A DNA stretch of 64,000 nt from Pirellulales bacterium (GCA_040902605.1 JBBDWY010000040.1:274-64273), one strand, 5' to 3'; positions 15,354-25,076 are shown, counted from the stretch's first letter. Numbers and translations: made by a program. The notes: generated by a model not told the origin, from the letters alone.

Positions 15354-18149
15354 TCAGCGGACGTATAAGAATTCGTTCGAATTCAATAGCACCAAACACA
15401 CTTCGGCGAGCGCTCGCACTTCGGGATCGACATCCCATGGCATCAGGTCGCGCTCGTAATGGTCGAGCGGAAGCTCTTCCTGCCAGCGGACCATTTCGCC
15501 GGTGAATTCCTCGATCATCCCACGTTCGACCCGCGTCGGCAGCGCGACCGGTTGAGGGACGTGCTCTCGATGATGGGCCAGCATCCGGTTGTAGTGCTCG
15601 CGACAGTCGTCGACTTCGGCGATTGTCGGCGGTCGGCCATACGTTCGCAAGAAAGCGGCCTCAATCTGTTCGTTAAACTTCGAGTACTCGTCGATCAGCC
15701 CAGCGGCGAACGCCAATGACCGCCGGTGCGCAAATTCACTATTGAAAAGGGCAAAGACCTGCGGCGTGACCGTGGTCTCGTCGCGACGCTCGCAGGAGAT
15801 ATCGCAGCCCGGCCGATTGAAGACCTCGAGCAGCGGATCGGAGAGCGTGCGATAGCGGAAGACATAGAGCGTTCGCCGGTTCCGTTCGTGCGGCGTTCCG
15901 GACGGCACGTAGGCCGGCGCGACCGACCCCATGATGTGCCGCGGCTGGAGGGCCACTTCCCAATTGATTTCGGGAAAGACGCCGGGCCCGCCTATCTCGT
16001 CGTTGAGCTCGCCGCTGATGGCCAGCATGCTGTCGCGCAATTCCTCGGCGGCCAACCGCCGTGGCGGGAAATACGCCAGCAATGAGTTCGCGGAATCGAT
16101 CGCGTCGAGTTGCTCGCGGTCTGCGTGGTCGGCCGATTGCTGGTAGGTCGCGGAGTTCATGATCAGCCGGTGCAGCCGTTTGACCGACCAGCCGTGCTCG
16201 ATGAACCAGGTGGCAAGCCAATCGAGCAGCTCAGGATGGGTGGGCCGCGCGCCCATCAGGCCAAAATTGTTGGACGTGGCGACGATACCCTTGCCGAAGT
16301 GTTGTTGCCAGACGCGGTTCACAATGACGCGAGCGGTGAGCGTGTTGTTGGGGCTGGCGATCCAATTGGCGAGTGCGAGGCGGCGGCCGTCGATGGTGTT
16401 GGGCACCGTGTTCCAGGCGGTTGGCCCGCGCACGTCATTGGCGCCGACCATGGCGCTGAGCAGACCGGGAGTTACGCGCTCGAGCGGCGACTCGAGCGAT
16501 CCGCCGGCCAGGATACTCACCGTGGCGATTTCGCCATTTCGATTCGCAGGCACCTTGTACACAGGTTCCAATGAGCCGTATCGGTTATCCGTGCCGGAAT
16601 ACAGCGAAAGCGCACGGGGCTCAAATCGCTGCAGCTCGCGCGCGAGGTACTGGCTGCTCTTTTCATAGATTTTCACCAGGCTCTGCTCGGTCTGGTTGAG
16701 CCCGAACTCGCGGCCGAAATTGCCGCCCTCCGGCCGCTGGTCCGCTGGCAAATCTTTCAGTTTGTCAACGCCGCGCTCGCGCAGATAGGCGACCTTGGCG
16801 GCGTCGGATTCTTCATGAAGAGGACGGCGCAACCGCTCGAGCTGTTCGATCCGCGACTCCACCAGCCGGCGTGCCTCGGCGAAGTTCCTCGCGTTCTCTG
16901 TGGCCAAAAACGGCACCCGGTGCTCGGCGAATTGAACCGGGGCGAAAATCGCTTGCATCCGGTAGTAATCGCGCGTCGGCACGGGATCGAATTTGTGATC
17001 ATGGCACGATGCGCAGCGCAGTCCCTGCGCGAGCAGTGACACGCCTACGTGATGCGTCACGTCGTCGAGAAACTGCTGCCGGGTGATTGCCGCGACCGTC
17101 ATGGCCGTATGCTCCCACGGCCCCATCCTTAGAAAGCCGACGGCGATCAACATTTCTGAGTCATTGGGATCAAGCTCGTCGCCGGCCAATTGCTCCGTGA
17201 CGAAACGGTCGTACGGTTTATCGGCGTTGAAGCTGCGGACCACGTAATCGCGGTATCGCCAGGCATTCGGGCGTTCGATGTCGTTGGAGAAGCCGCTGGT
17301 GTCGGCGTAGCGCACCACATCGAGCCAGTGCCGCGCCTGCTGCTCGCCGTAGTGTGGATCGGCAAGCAAGCGTTCGATGAGCCGCGCGCGTGCGCCGGGC
17401 CTGCGGTCGGCGAGAAACTTGGCGATCTCGGCCGGCGTGGGGGGCAGGCCATGAAGGTCGAACGTTGCGCGGCGGATGAATGTGCGGTCATCAGCCGGAC
17501 TGGCAAGCCGCTTGACGCCGCCCTTAGCAAGCTGAGCTTGGATGAACGCATCGATCAGATTTTGAATGCGCGTGGCGTCGATGGCGGAATGGGGAACATC
17601 CGGGCGGCGAATTGGCTGGAAGGCCCAAATGCCGTCGGGCGGATAACGGCGATTTGTCCACTCAGCCGTCAGACCGCCGCTTGTTTCGACGGTCACTCCG
17701 TCCTCAGCCGACCAATCACCCTCGGTTGACCTTGCGTCCTTTTTGTCGAGACGGTCTTGTTCTTCAGCCCATGGTGCGCCGGCGGCGATCCACTGGCGCA
17801 GCAGTTCAATCTGCTCTGGCGTGAGTCTGTCGTTCTCTTTGGGCGGCATTTCAAGACCGTCCCATCGCACCGCCTGATAGAGCGGGCTTTCCTCGGGCTT
17901 GCCGGGGACGATAGCGGCCGCTTCACTCTCACCGCCGCGTAGCGCCGATTCGCGAGTCGTCAAATCGAACCCACTCTTGAGCTCGGTGGGATCCGCGCCG
18001 TGGCAGGGCAGGCATTTTTCGGCCAACAGCGGCCGGACCTTGGTTACAAAAAGCCGCTCCCCAGACGCCGTCGTCGAACCCTCAGTTGCCCGCACAGGCG
18101 TAGCCAGCGTCGCAGCGAATGCCAAGAAAAGAAGAATTATCGATCTCAC
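15354..18149 (-). CDS. PSCyt1 + DUF1549 + DUF1553 domain protein
   Basis: A signal peptide is followed by CLPCHG. The DUF1549 core reads HWLDVVRYADTSGF. A central CASCHDHKFDP motif is present. Its start lies 40 nt downstream of the GH26 gene stop. Confidence 0.9.
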   Translation of the reverse strand: MRSIILLFLAFAATLATPVRATEGSTTASGERLFVTKVRPLLAEKCLPCHGADPTELKSGFDLTTRESALRGGESEAAAIVPGKPEESPLYQAVRWDGLEMPPKENDRLTPEQIELLRQWIAAGAPWAEEQDRLDKKDARSTEGDWSAEDGVTVETSGGLTAEWTNRRYPPDGIWAFQPIRRPDVPHSAIDATRIQNLIDAFIQAQLAKGGVKRLASPADDRTFIRRATFDLHGLPPTPAEIAKFLADRRPGARARLIERLLADPHYGEQQARHWLDVVRYADTSGFSNDIERPNAWRYRDYVVRSFNADKPYDRFVTEQLAGDELDPNDSEMLIAVGFLRMGPWEHTAMTVAAITRQQFLDDVTHHVGVSLLAQGLRCASCHDHKFDPVPTRDYYRMQAIFAPVQFAEHRVPFLATENARNFAEARRLVESRIEQLERLRRPLHEESDAAKVAYLRERGVDKLKDLPADQRPEGGNFGREFGLNQTEQSLVKIYEKSSQYLARELQRFEPRALSLYSGTDNRYGSLEPVYKVPANRNGEIATVSILAGGSLESPLERVTPGLLSAMVGANDVRGPTAWNTVPNTIDGRRLALANWIASPNNTLTARVIVNRVWQQHFGKGIVATSNNFGLMGARPTHPELLDWLATWFIEHGWSVKRLHRLIMNSATYQQSADHADREQLDAIDSANSLLAYFPPRRLAAEELRDSMLAISGELNDEIGGPGVFPEINWEVALQPRHIMGSVAPAYVPSGTPHERNRRTLYVFRYRTLSDPLLEVFNRPGCDISCERRDETTVTPQVFALFNSEFAHRRSLAFAAGLIDEYSKFNEQIEAAFLRTYGRPPTIAEVDDCREHYNRMLAHHREHVPQPVALPTRVERGMIEEFTGEMVRWQEELPLDHYERDLMPWDVDPEVRALAEVCLVLLNSNEFLYVR

Positions 18150-18189
18150 AACCGATCAACTTTCAGGCACACGCGCCACGCAGACGGCA

Positions 18190-19968
18190 TCAAGGCCTTC
18201 GCGATGTTGCGGCAGCCATCGCTCGAGCTCGCAGGCACATTGCGGCCAACAGCAGCAGCATCGGACTAGCGGGTTCGGGAACGGCAGAATTTGCTACGCT
18301 TGAGCCGCTACCGGCCGTCTGGCCGAAGCGAGATCGCCAAAACTCGTAGTCGGCTCCGTCGATTCGGCCGTCCAGATTGCTGTCCGCAACAAGACCCATG
18401 CCCGTCTGGCCCAGCGACTGGCGCCACACGATGTAATCGGCGGCGTCGACCACGCCGTCGTCATTGTAGTCGCCCGGCATAGGCGCCGAAATGCTCCACG
18501 GCATGACGGGGAGTTCGTTGAGGGTGATAATGTCGTCGTCGTTCAGAAGCGCTTGCACCTGCTGGGCCGTGAAGTCGTCCAAAAAGCCGTCTTTCCAGAG
18601 CGAAAAATAGCTCCACGCGATGTCGTAGAGGTCCATCAGGTCGGCGTTCGGCAGCGTGCCGGATTCGGACAGCGCGATCATCTTGCGGCCGTTGTAGTGA
18701 GCCAGCACGTCGTACCACTCGCCGCTCATGCTGCTGGATGGATCGGTATAAATATCGAGGCCGACCATGTCGACCACGTTGTCGCCGGGGTACCACTCAA
18801 GATGGCCCGTGCGCGCAGCGGATGAGGTGAACTCCCAAATCAAATTGTGCAAGCCATGATCGTTGGTGAGCCGATCGTGCATGAGCCGCCATAACTGTTT
18901 GAACGCATCTGGTCCATCGGCGCCCCACCAAAACCAGGCCTGTCCATCGGGCATATTCCCCTGCGCTTCGTGGAGGGGCCGCCAGATGACGGGAATGTCT
19001 TCCGCTTGAAACTTTTTCAGTTCCACCGCGATGGCGTCGATGTCGCGAAGAATGAGCTGGTAGTCGCCACCGGTGGGATTGGCCAGCGCGGCGGCCAGAT
19101 CGAAGGTTGTCCCCTGCGTGTAGAAGCCGCGCCACCAAGGGTAGTCGTTAGGTCCGCAGCTTTGGCCGCAGGGAGTGTTCACCAGGTTTGCCGGCGCGTT
19201 CCAGTGCCAGGTCATGCTGACGACACCCCCATTCTGTTTGGCCCAGGCGATCGACTGCTCGGTTTCGTTGCGGGGATTGGCGCCGTAGGCTAGCCGCGAC
19301 GGCGAGTACTCCATGAAATCGGAGCTGCGCAGCGCGGGTCTCAATCCGCCCGATAAATTGAGATAGGTCGAGCTTGGGAACGGAAGATTCTTGCTCTCGT
19401 CGTGCTGATGGCCGGCGAGCGTCTTCTGACCGTAGATGCTCGTCATGTAGTTCATGAGCATCTGCGTGTTGCGATCGGCCAGCGGATCGTTGAGCTGCGG
19501 CGAGACTGGCAATACTGTAGGAGGCGTGAAGGGGCGGAACTCGAGATAATCGACATCGTAGAAGCCCCAGCTCTCATAGATGCCGAGCCTGTTGACACCG
19601 CCCGTCACGTTGAAGACTCCAGCGCGGTCTGCCGAGAAGGTGCTCGACTGTTCGAACATGCCGCTTCCGAGCTGCGAATCGACGCGATAGTTGTAGCCCT
19701 TCTGGCCGAACGGCGAGCGGTACCCGACCCACATTTCATAGAGACCGTTGGGAACGTCGACGAACAACTCCACGTAATCGGAATTGGTTTGGCTGTCAAA
19801 GCCGGTGACGTAGCCGGTGCCCGAATAACCGGGGACGGCGTTGCCGATGACGGTCTGGAAGCGTTGGCCTGTTTCGGCCTCGTATCGGTAGACTTGAGCA
19901 AGCGCCGGCGGCGCGAGAAGCATAGCCGCGGCGAAAACAAAGGTGCGTCTCACGAAGCAGACTCCCAC
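18190..19968 (-). CDS. GH26 beta-mannanase with N-terminal CBM-like domain, dockerin-like repeats and PEP-CTERM anchor
   Basis: The GH26 signature WRPLHEAQG...WFWWG is present, with a putative nucleophile block IALSESG. The N-terminus is CBM6/35-like (YRYEAETGQ...GYSGTGYVTGF). The C-terminus carries GDYNDDGVVDAADYIVWR and DSNLDGRIDGADYEFWR, then VPEPAS, a TM segment and a basic tail. The start codon is GTG. Confidence 0.9.
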   Translation of the reverse strand: MGVCFVRRTFVFAAAMLLAPPALAQVYRYEAETGQRFQTVIGNAVPGYSGTGYVTGFDSQTNSDYVELFVDVPNGLYEMWVGYRSPFGQKGYNYRVDSQLGSGMFEQSSTFSADRAGVFNVTGGVNRLGIYESWGFYDVDYLEFRPFTPPTVLPVSPQLNDPLADRNTQMLMNYMTSIYGQKTLAGHQHDESKNLPFPSSTYLNLSGGLRPALRSSDFMEYSPSRLAYGANPRNETEQSIAWAKQNGGVVSMTWHWNAPANLVNTPCGQSCGPNDYPWWRGFYTQGTTFDLAAALANPTGGDYQLILRDIDAIAVELKKFQAEDIPVIWRPLHEAQGNMPDGQAWFWWGADGPDAFKQLWRLMHDRLTNDHGLHNLIWEFTSSAARTGHLEWYPGDNVVDMVGLDIYTDPSSSMSGEWYDVLAHYNGRKMIALSESGTLPNADLMDLYDIAWSYFSLWKDGFLDDFTAQQVQALLNDDDIITLNELPVMPWSISAPMPGDYNDDGVVDAADYIVWRQSLGQTGMGLVADSNLDGRIDGADYEFWRSRFGQTAGSGSSVANSAVPEPASPMLLLLAAMCLRARAMAAATSRRP

Positions 19969-19992
19969 AAAACGGCGGTCGGTGAAACCGAA

Positions 19993-21594
19993 TTATACTC
20001 GAACGGCGCGCCAATTGCGCGGTGAGAGTCCGAACAACGCTGTCGCAACTGCGCAAAGCAATACCGACCTTGCGGCGGGCTCGGGCACGCTTGAGACCGC
20101 GCCGCCGCCCATCGCGGATCCGAAGTTGGCCCGCCAAGCCGCATAATCGCCCGCCCCGATGATGCCGTTGCCGTCGCCGTCCGCGCCGCTGTATTGCAGC
20201 ACGAACTGACCCATATTCTTGCGCCAAATGGCATAGTCGGCGGCATCAACGTTCCCATCGCGGTTGTAGTCGCCGGCCAACGGCAACTCAGCCGTGCCGA
20301 CGAACTGCGCGAGCCATTGCGAGGCGGGCACGTTATCCGGCTGGTTCGCTGGCAGCGTGGTGTCCATGTTCCACTGGCTGCCGTCGGAGCCGGGCATCCC
20401 CCATTGCCAGACGTGCATCGCCTCAAATACGTCGCTGCGACCGTCGAGGGCGTTCATCAATCCCTGGAATGCCATCCGCTGCTCGGCCGTGTCCGCCGAG
20501 CCAGAGCCAACCTGAGGTGATTTTGCTCCTGTATTGAAGTATGGATAGCCTTGCTCGGTAAAAACCACAGGCATGCCGGCGCCACCCTTCCGCGCCGCCG
20601 CAAAAGATAGAATCCCATCGTGAGCAAAATATGTTCTTGACGGACTGCCACTTACGAATTGCGTTGGCGAATCGATGTCCAAAAACTTATTCCAGGCATC
20701 GGTCATTAAGTCAATGAAGGCTTGATCGGGGTAACCTTGAATCGGATTCACCGCGCTGTCTACTAACGTGGCAATTTGAGAATTGGTTGCACCAGGGTTC
20801 TGATATTTGAAATAGTCATATAAAACGGAGTCGAAATATGAGTCGATTCCAATGAAGTCGATCTCGGGGTGCTCCCAAATCGCAGTCGTCAGATTGCCAT
20901 TGCGGTAGTCGTCCCAGTTCGCTGCATAGCCGAGCGGCCCTTGGTAGGCGTCCGCGACGGCATTGATGGCACTGCTCCACTTCGCATTGTGTCCGCTATT
21001 GCCATTGAGGGCTTTGTATTCGGTGCCGACGGTCATGGCATCGACGTTGTGGTTTGAGGCAATCTGCGCTACGCCCCCGAGATAGTTCTGGTAGTCGCTC
21101 CAGAACTGGTTGGCGACAGCGCCGCCGGCGGTAGGGTTCCAACAGCCGCGCCAAGTGCAGCCGCCGGGCAAATCGGCAAAATACTCATCATCGGCGGTGC
21201 CGGTGCCATGCGCGTCAAACAGTTCTACGAAGGGGTTGAGCGTGACTCGCATGCCCAGCGATTTGGCTCGCACGACACCGGCTTCAATATGGCTCAGCTC
21301 GGGCCCGCGTTGCGAAGTGGCGAGGATCGCGCCCGTGTTGATATTCACAAAGCGCACAGGGCTGATCGAGACATCGCGAAAGCCGGCGTTGTACAGGCCT
21401 TGCACGGCGTTCTGCCAGGTCGAGGCGCCGCTGCCGCCGAAGTTCCACCAGGAGATGAGATTGAAGCCGACCGCGGGATCATCGCCCACTTGGTAGATCG
21501 CCGGATCAGCCCAAGCGGGTTGCAGACCAAAAAACAACGCCAATAAGCAAACGCCGAGGGCGAAGAATCGAAGCGTTGCGAAACGGCTCGTCAT
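19993..21594 (-). CDS. Putative clan GH-A-like TIM-barrel glycoside hydrolase (family unassigned) with dockerin-like repeats and PEP-CTERM anchor
   Basis: Candidate catalytic blocks are MTVGTEYKAL and VVFTEQGYPYF, together with IDFIGIDSYF. The C-terminus carries GDYNRDGNVDAADYAIWR, then VPEPAA and a TM segment. Its start overlaps the upstream lipoprotein stop by 4 nt. Confidence 0.6.
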   Translation of the reverse strand: MTSRFATLRFFALGVCLLALFFGLQPAWADPAIYQVGDDPAVGFNLISWWNFGGSGASTWQNAVQGLYNAGFRDVSISPVRFVNINTGAILATSQRGPELSHIEAGVVRAKSLGMRVTLNPFVELFDAHGTGTADDEYFADLPGGCTWRGCWNPTAGGAVANQFWSDYQNYLGGVAQIASNHNVDAMTVGTEYKALNGNSGHNAKWSSAINAVADAYQGPLGYAANWDDYRNGNLTTAIWEHPEIDFIGIDSYFDSVLYDYFKYQNPGATNSQIATLVDSAVNPIQGYPDQAFIDLMTDAWNKFLDIDSPTQFVSGSPSRTYFAHDGILSFAAARKGGAGMPVVFTEQGYPYFNTGAKSPQVGSGSADTAEQRMAFQGLMNALDGRSDVFEAMHVWQWGMPGSDGSQWNMDTTLPANQPDNVPASQWLAQFVGTAELPLAGDYNRDGNVDAADYAIWRKNMGQFVLQYSGADGDGNGIIGAGDYAAWRANFGSAMGGGAVSSVPEPAARSVLLCAVATALFGLSPRNWRAVRV

Positions 21595-22010
21595 TGGCGG
21601 CGGGAATTCGGCCGGGGTACTTTGATGTCGAAAGGCGCGTCTTTCGTGTCGACCATCAGCGGCGTCGTGGCGATGCTCGTGAACTCATTCGGCACCAGTA
21701 GGCGTCCCTCCTTGTCCTTGACCTGTTGAATCGCCACTTTATGGCGGCCTGGGACAAGGCCATCACAGTACTTATAGCTGGTTACACATGCAAACTCCCC
21801 TTTGTCGTTGACGTCGGCGACCCCTGGGCGAGGATGAGCGCCTTCGATAGGCGGAGCATCCTGAGCCGAAAAAAGTAGTCGAAGCCCACCCGATGGAATT
21901 AGCGACCCATCCTCATACGCGATCCGGCCGCTCGCTTCGACGTACTCAAATGGACTTTTTGGTCCACATCCAAAGCACACAAGGCATGAAAAAAGCAACA
22001 ATGTCCGCAT
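21591..22010 (-). CDS. Small lipoprotein, the type commonly paired with DUF1559 genes (transthyretin/carboxypeptidase-regulatory-like, putative)
   Basis: A lipobox-like N-terminus (MRTLLLFSCLVCFGCG) is present. The protein is 139 aa and looks beta-rich. It lies 37 nt downstream of the DUF1559 gene. Confidence 0.7.
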   Translation of the reverse strand: MRTLLLFSCLVCFGCGPKSPFEYVEASGRIAYEDGSLIPSGGLRLLFSAQDAPPIEGAHPRPGVADVNDKGEFACVTSYKYCDGLVPGRHKVAIQQVKDKEGRLLVPNEFTSIATTPLMVDTKDAPFDIKVPRPNSRRQ

Positions 22011-22047
22011 ACTTGTGCGCTATCACTGATAAAAAAACACGACGACT

Positions 22048-23166
22048 TCAGAGGTCATTGTCGAGCGGATAATCGTCGCGCGAGACATTGAGCCGCTGCC
22101 AGACTCGAAACCGCGTCGTGTCCTTGCCAGTATCGAAATCTATGTATTCTCCGATTTCAGGACCGATATCCCCGAAATCGATGAAGTCACCAAGGAAATG
22201 CACACTAGCATCAACCATCGCTACGAGAGCACCGCCGGGGTGCCGGCTGCGAACCGTGGATTGCCCACTCGCACTAATGTTTTCAACGCCCATACATTGA
22301 GCGGAAAGAGTTTCTTGCCCGACTTCTGTTCTAAGAGCGCTGCCGCCCATGATATCATCTCTCGAGCCGGTGCAGTCGTTGATCGCATGACCTGCATGCC
22401 GGCAATGAATGTTGGAAGCGCACATGCCCATGGCCCATACGCCGCGGCGATCATTCTCATTCACCCCGACTCGCAGCTCGGCCAACATGATCGTATGGGT
22501 GGTTCCGTCAGTGATTTTCTTAAAGTTGATGACTTGCCGGTTTTCACCATTGTCGAACCCGCCCATGCCTATGTTGAAAATGAGGGCTTTCATATAATCA
22601 GGAAAATCGACATCGTAGAAGTTTTTCCAATTGGCACCGGGCCAGAATTCAATGGCGTTGTATCCGTAGTTGCCGCGTGCCCAATTGCCGCCGCTGCCTT
22701 GGAAAGGATTGCCCCGGCCGTCATCGCTCGGACAAAGCATCACGGCGAGCTCGACGCCGCGCTCATCCTTGTTCACGTCTTTCGCCGGGGTAGTGTCATA
22801 CAAGCGCTGAAGCGTCGAAATCTGAAACGAATCGGCAAGCCCGGCTTCCTCCAAATAGGGAAGGATGTTGATGGCCCAATTCCAAAACATCCGATCGTCG
22901 GTCAAAGGCGTGAAGTTCGCTGCCGAGGGAAGATCTTTGACGTTGGGATACTGAAAGGCCGCCGGTAATTCCTTCTTCACGTCATGGTAATTTTGCAGCG
23001 CCAGGGCAACATTTTTTAGATTGCTCGTGCACTGGGAGCGCCGCGCCGCCTCACGAGCCGCTTGAATGGCTGGCAACAACAAGGCGACGAGGATGCCGAT
23101 GATCGCAATGACGACCAGCAACTCGACGAGCGTAAAACCCACTGACGACTGCCGATGAGTTCGCAT
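22048..23166 (-). CDS. DUF1559 (H-X9-DG) protein with prepilin-type N-terminal cleavage/methylation motif
   Basis: The N-terminus reads GFTLVELLVVIAIIGILVALLLPAIQAAREAARR. The C-terminus carries HPGGALVAMVDASVHF, an H-X9-D-type motif. The gene is visibly AT-richer than its neighbours. Confidence 0.9.
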   Translation of the reverse strand: MRTHRQSSVGFTLVELLVVIAIIGILVALLLPAIQAAREAARRSQCTSNLKNVALALQNYHDVKKELPAAFQYPNVKDLPSAANFTPLTDDRMFWNWAINILPYLEEAGLADSFQISTLQRLYDTTPAKDVNKDERGVELAVMLCPSDDGRGNPFQGSGGNWARGNYGYNAIEFWPGANWKNFYDVDFPDYMKALIFNIGMGGFDNGENRQVINFKKITDGTTHTIMLAELRVGVNENDRRGVWAMGMCASNIHCRHAGHAINDCTGSRDDIMGGSALRTEVGQETLSAQCMGVENISASGQSTVRSRHPGGALVAMVDASVHFLGDFIDFGDIGPEIGEYIDFDTGKDTTRFRVWQRLNVSRDDYPLDNDL

Positions 23167-23367
23167 CTGCGTATCTCCGCCTAGGCAGCTCGGCCGCTGT
23201 TAAAGCACTTGAGCACGATCATAATAACTGGCGGCTGTGCTGCCAATATCCGGGGTCAGGTTTTTCGCCGATTTGCCGGCGCCACGCCTAATTCTAAGGC
23301 ATTGCGTCGCGGCTGGCAAAAAAAGTGGACGCACGGGGCCGGCAAACGCGGCCCTGTCTCAAAGGTT

Positions 23368-25008
23368 TTAGGACCGGGGTTGCCGCTTCAGGCAAGCCGC
23401 AGCGGCCACCAAGATCAACAGCGTCAAAGAAGCTGGCTCGGGCACCGCGGCCTGGCTCAGGCTCGCTCCGCCCGCCATGCTGCCGAAGTTGGCCCGCCAT
23501 GTGTTGTATTGGTCGGTTCCAATGGTACCGCCATGCGGATCGTTTGGCAACGTATTGGAGGTGCCGTGGTTCTTGCGCCAAACGACGTAATCCGCGGCGT
23601 CAACTTTTCCGTCGTCGTTATAGTCGCCCGGCAATCCCTCCGACGCCAGTGAGATTAGCCGGAAGTTATCGATCTGGTAGATTTGTGCACCATCTGTGTT
23701 CGTCGACAGCCCGATGCGGAGGGAGTTTGTCCCTTCAAGAAATCCATTTTCGAGAAGAGGTTCACCAGTTGGATAGGCTGTGAACAGACTCAAAGGGATT
23801 TCAACGGTCACAGTGGTTTCGGGCGTGCCCGAAGGGATGCTGATAAAACCTTGCTGCTCGGCCTGGTAAAACACACCGGTCTCATCCGTAAAATGGATTC
23901 CGAATTTGGTGAAGGTCGGCGCCGGCGCCGGGAACTGGTCGGTGTACATATATGTAAGGTCGAAAGCGACGCTCTGGGCGCCCATGATCGAGTCCACAAG
24001 ATGATCAATACGGGCCTGAATTACCGGATCGATTTGTTCCACCTCTGGATCAGGATTGGTATCTGAGTTAAGCACGAACAAGCTTCCCCAAGTGAAGCCG
24101 GCTTCGTAGGTGGTGCGATCGATCTGGAGCGCGGATGATCCGTGGGTGGCGCCAGTACTAGTAATCGAGTGGACGTGCGGCGGATTATTCGCAAAGTTGC
24201 CAGGAAACCAGCCCTCGAACTGCTCGTTCACAGCCGGTGTGCCCGGGTTATCGGGCGTTTCCCAGGAGAATAACGTCTCCTCAACGGTCTCCGGCAATTC
24301 GCGAATGCGGACGTTGTCTACATAATAAATCGCCCCTCTGCCACCCGTTCCGTTCTGGAACAGCGCGTTGGTTAGGGTCGAGCCCAGAGTAAACTGATAA
24401 TACGTCGAATTGGGAACCAAATACAAACCGGAGCTGCCCGGGCTACTTGCTAAGGGAATGCTGTAGTGATGCGTGCCGAGCTCAGGTACGTCGCCCGCGC
24501 CAATCAAGTTGGCGTCGGCTTCGCCGTCCGGAATGATGTCCAGAAGTTGATTGAAATTGTTCTCGCCAGCGGCGCTGCTATTGACGGCAGCGCTAATCAA
24601 AAATGTCGGCCCGCTCACCACACCGCCGGCAAAGCTGTTCGCCGTCAAGGTGACATCGAAATCAATTGCGTAACTCTCCGGATCGGCTGCCGCCGCCTGA
24701 AACATGGCGAATTGCGGAGCCACGGCCGATTCGATGTACACATCCCAACTACGGGGATCGATACTCCCAATCGCTCTTCCGCGTTCCACCGCCATGCTGT
24801 GGGTGCCATCCGTAAAGCCCTGCGTCGCCTGGGAAACACTAATTAAATCGGAGCCAGCGAAGCCGGTCGCCGTCCAACCCTCCAAGCCTGGCTCAAAGGA
24901 GTAAAGTAGTTGAGCATTTGCGGACGAACCAGTTGTCGCAGCTGCCAAGAGAAGTGCCGAGCAAAATGCTGACCGCGAGAGTCCCTTTTTCAATGTTCCG
25001 AGCGCCAT
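23368..25008 (-). CDS. Secreted PEP-CTERM protein with CBM-like beta-sandwich regions and one dockerin-like repeat
   Basis: The signal peptide is MALGTLKKGLSRSAFCSALLLAAATTGSSANA. The C-terminus carries GDYNDDGKVDAADYVVWRKNHG, then VPEPASLTLLILVAAAACLKRQPRS. The ORF extends to 25098, but that extension contains the upstream terminator hairpin. Confidence 0.75.
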   Translation of the reverse strand: MALGTLKKGLSRSAFCSALLLAAATTGSSANAQLLYSFEPGLEGWTATGFAGSDLISVSQATQGFTDGTHSMAVERGRAIGSIDPRSWDVYIESAVAPQFAMFQAAAADPESYAIDFDVTLTANSFAGGVVSGPTFLISAAVNSSAAGENNFNQLLDIIPDGEADANLIGAGDVPELGTHHYSIPLASSPGSSGLYLVPNSTYYQFTLGSTLTNALFQNGTGGRGAIYYVDNVRIRELPETVEETLFSWETPDNPGTPAVNEQFEGWFPGNFANNPPHVHSITSTGATHGSSALQIDRTTYEAGFTWGSLFVLNSDTNPDPEVEQIDPVIQARIDHLVDSIMGAQSVAFDLTYMYTDQFPAPAPTFTKFGIHFTDETGVFYQAEQQGFISIPSGTPETTVTVEIPLSLFTAYPTGEPLLENGFLEGTNSLRIGLSTNTDGAQIYQIDNFRLISLASEGLPGDYNDDGKVDAADYVVWRKNHGTSNTLPNDPHGGTIGTDQYNTWRANFGSMAGGASLSQAAVPEPASLTLLILVAAAACLKRQPRS

Positions 25009-25076
25009 CGCCCATACTCCTATCGTCGGCCCACAGCCATTCAAGCCGCGACCGACATCGGCTGCTATTAATAGAT

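Noticed and set aside
10446-15505. Several long antisense ORFs (10446-11243, 11247-11849, 13126-13671, 14459-15505) opposite xdhB, xdhC and DUF1501.
   Set aside because: They are GC-skew shadow ORFs with no recognisable domains. Each is fully contained in a gene with strong family motifs on the other strand.
23331-23354. A GGGCCG/CGGCCC hairpin downstream of the 23368-25008 gene, as a possible terminator.
   Set aside because: The stem is only 6 bp, and the T7 run on the minus strand lies 11 nt away from the stem. That is too weak to call.
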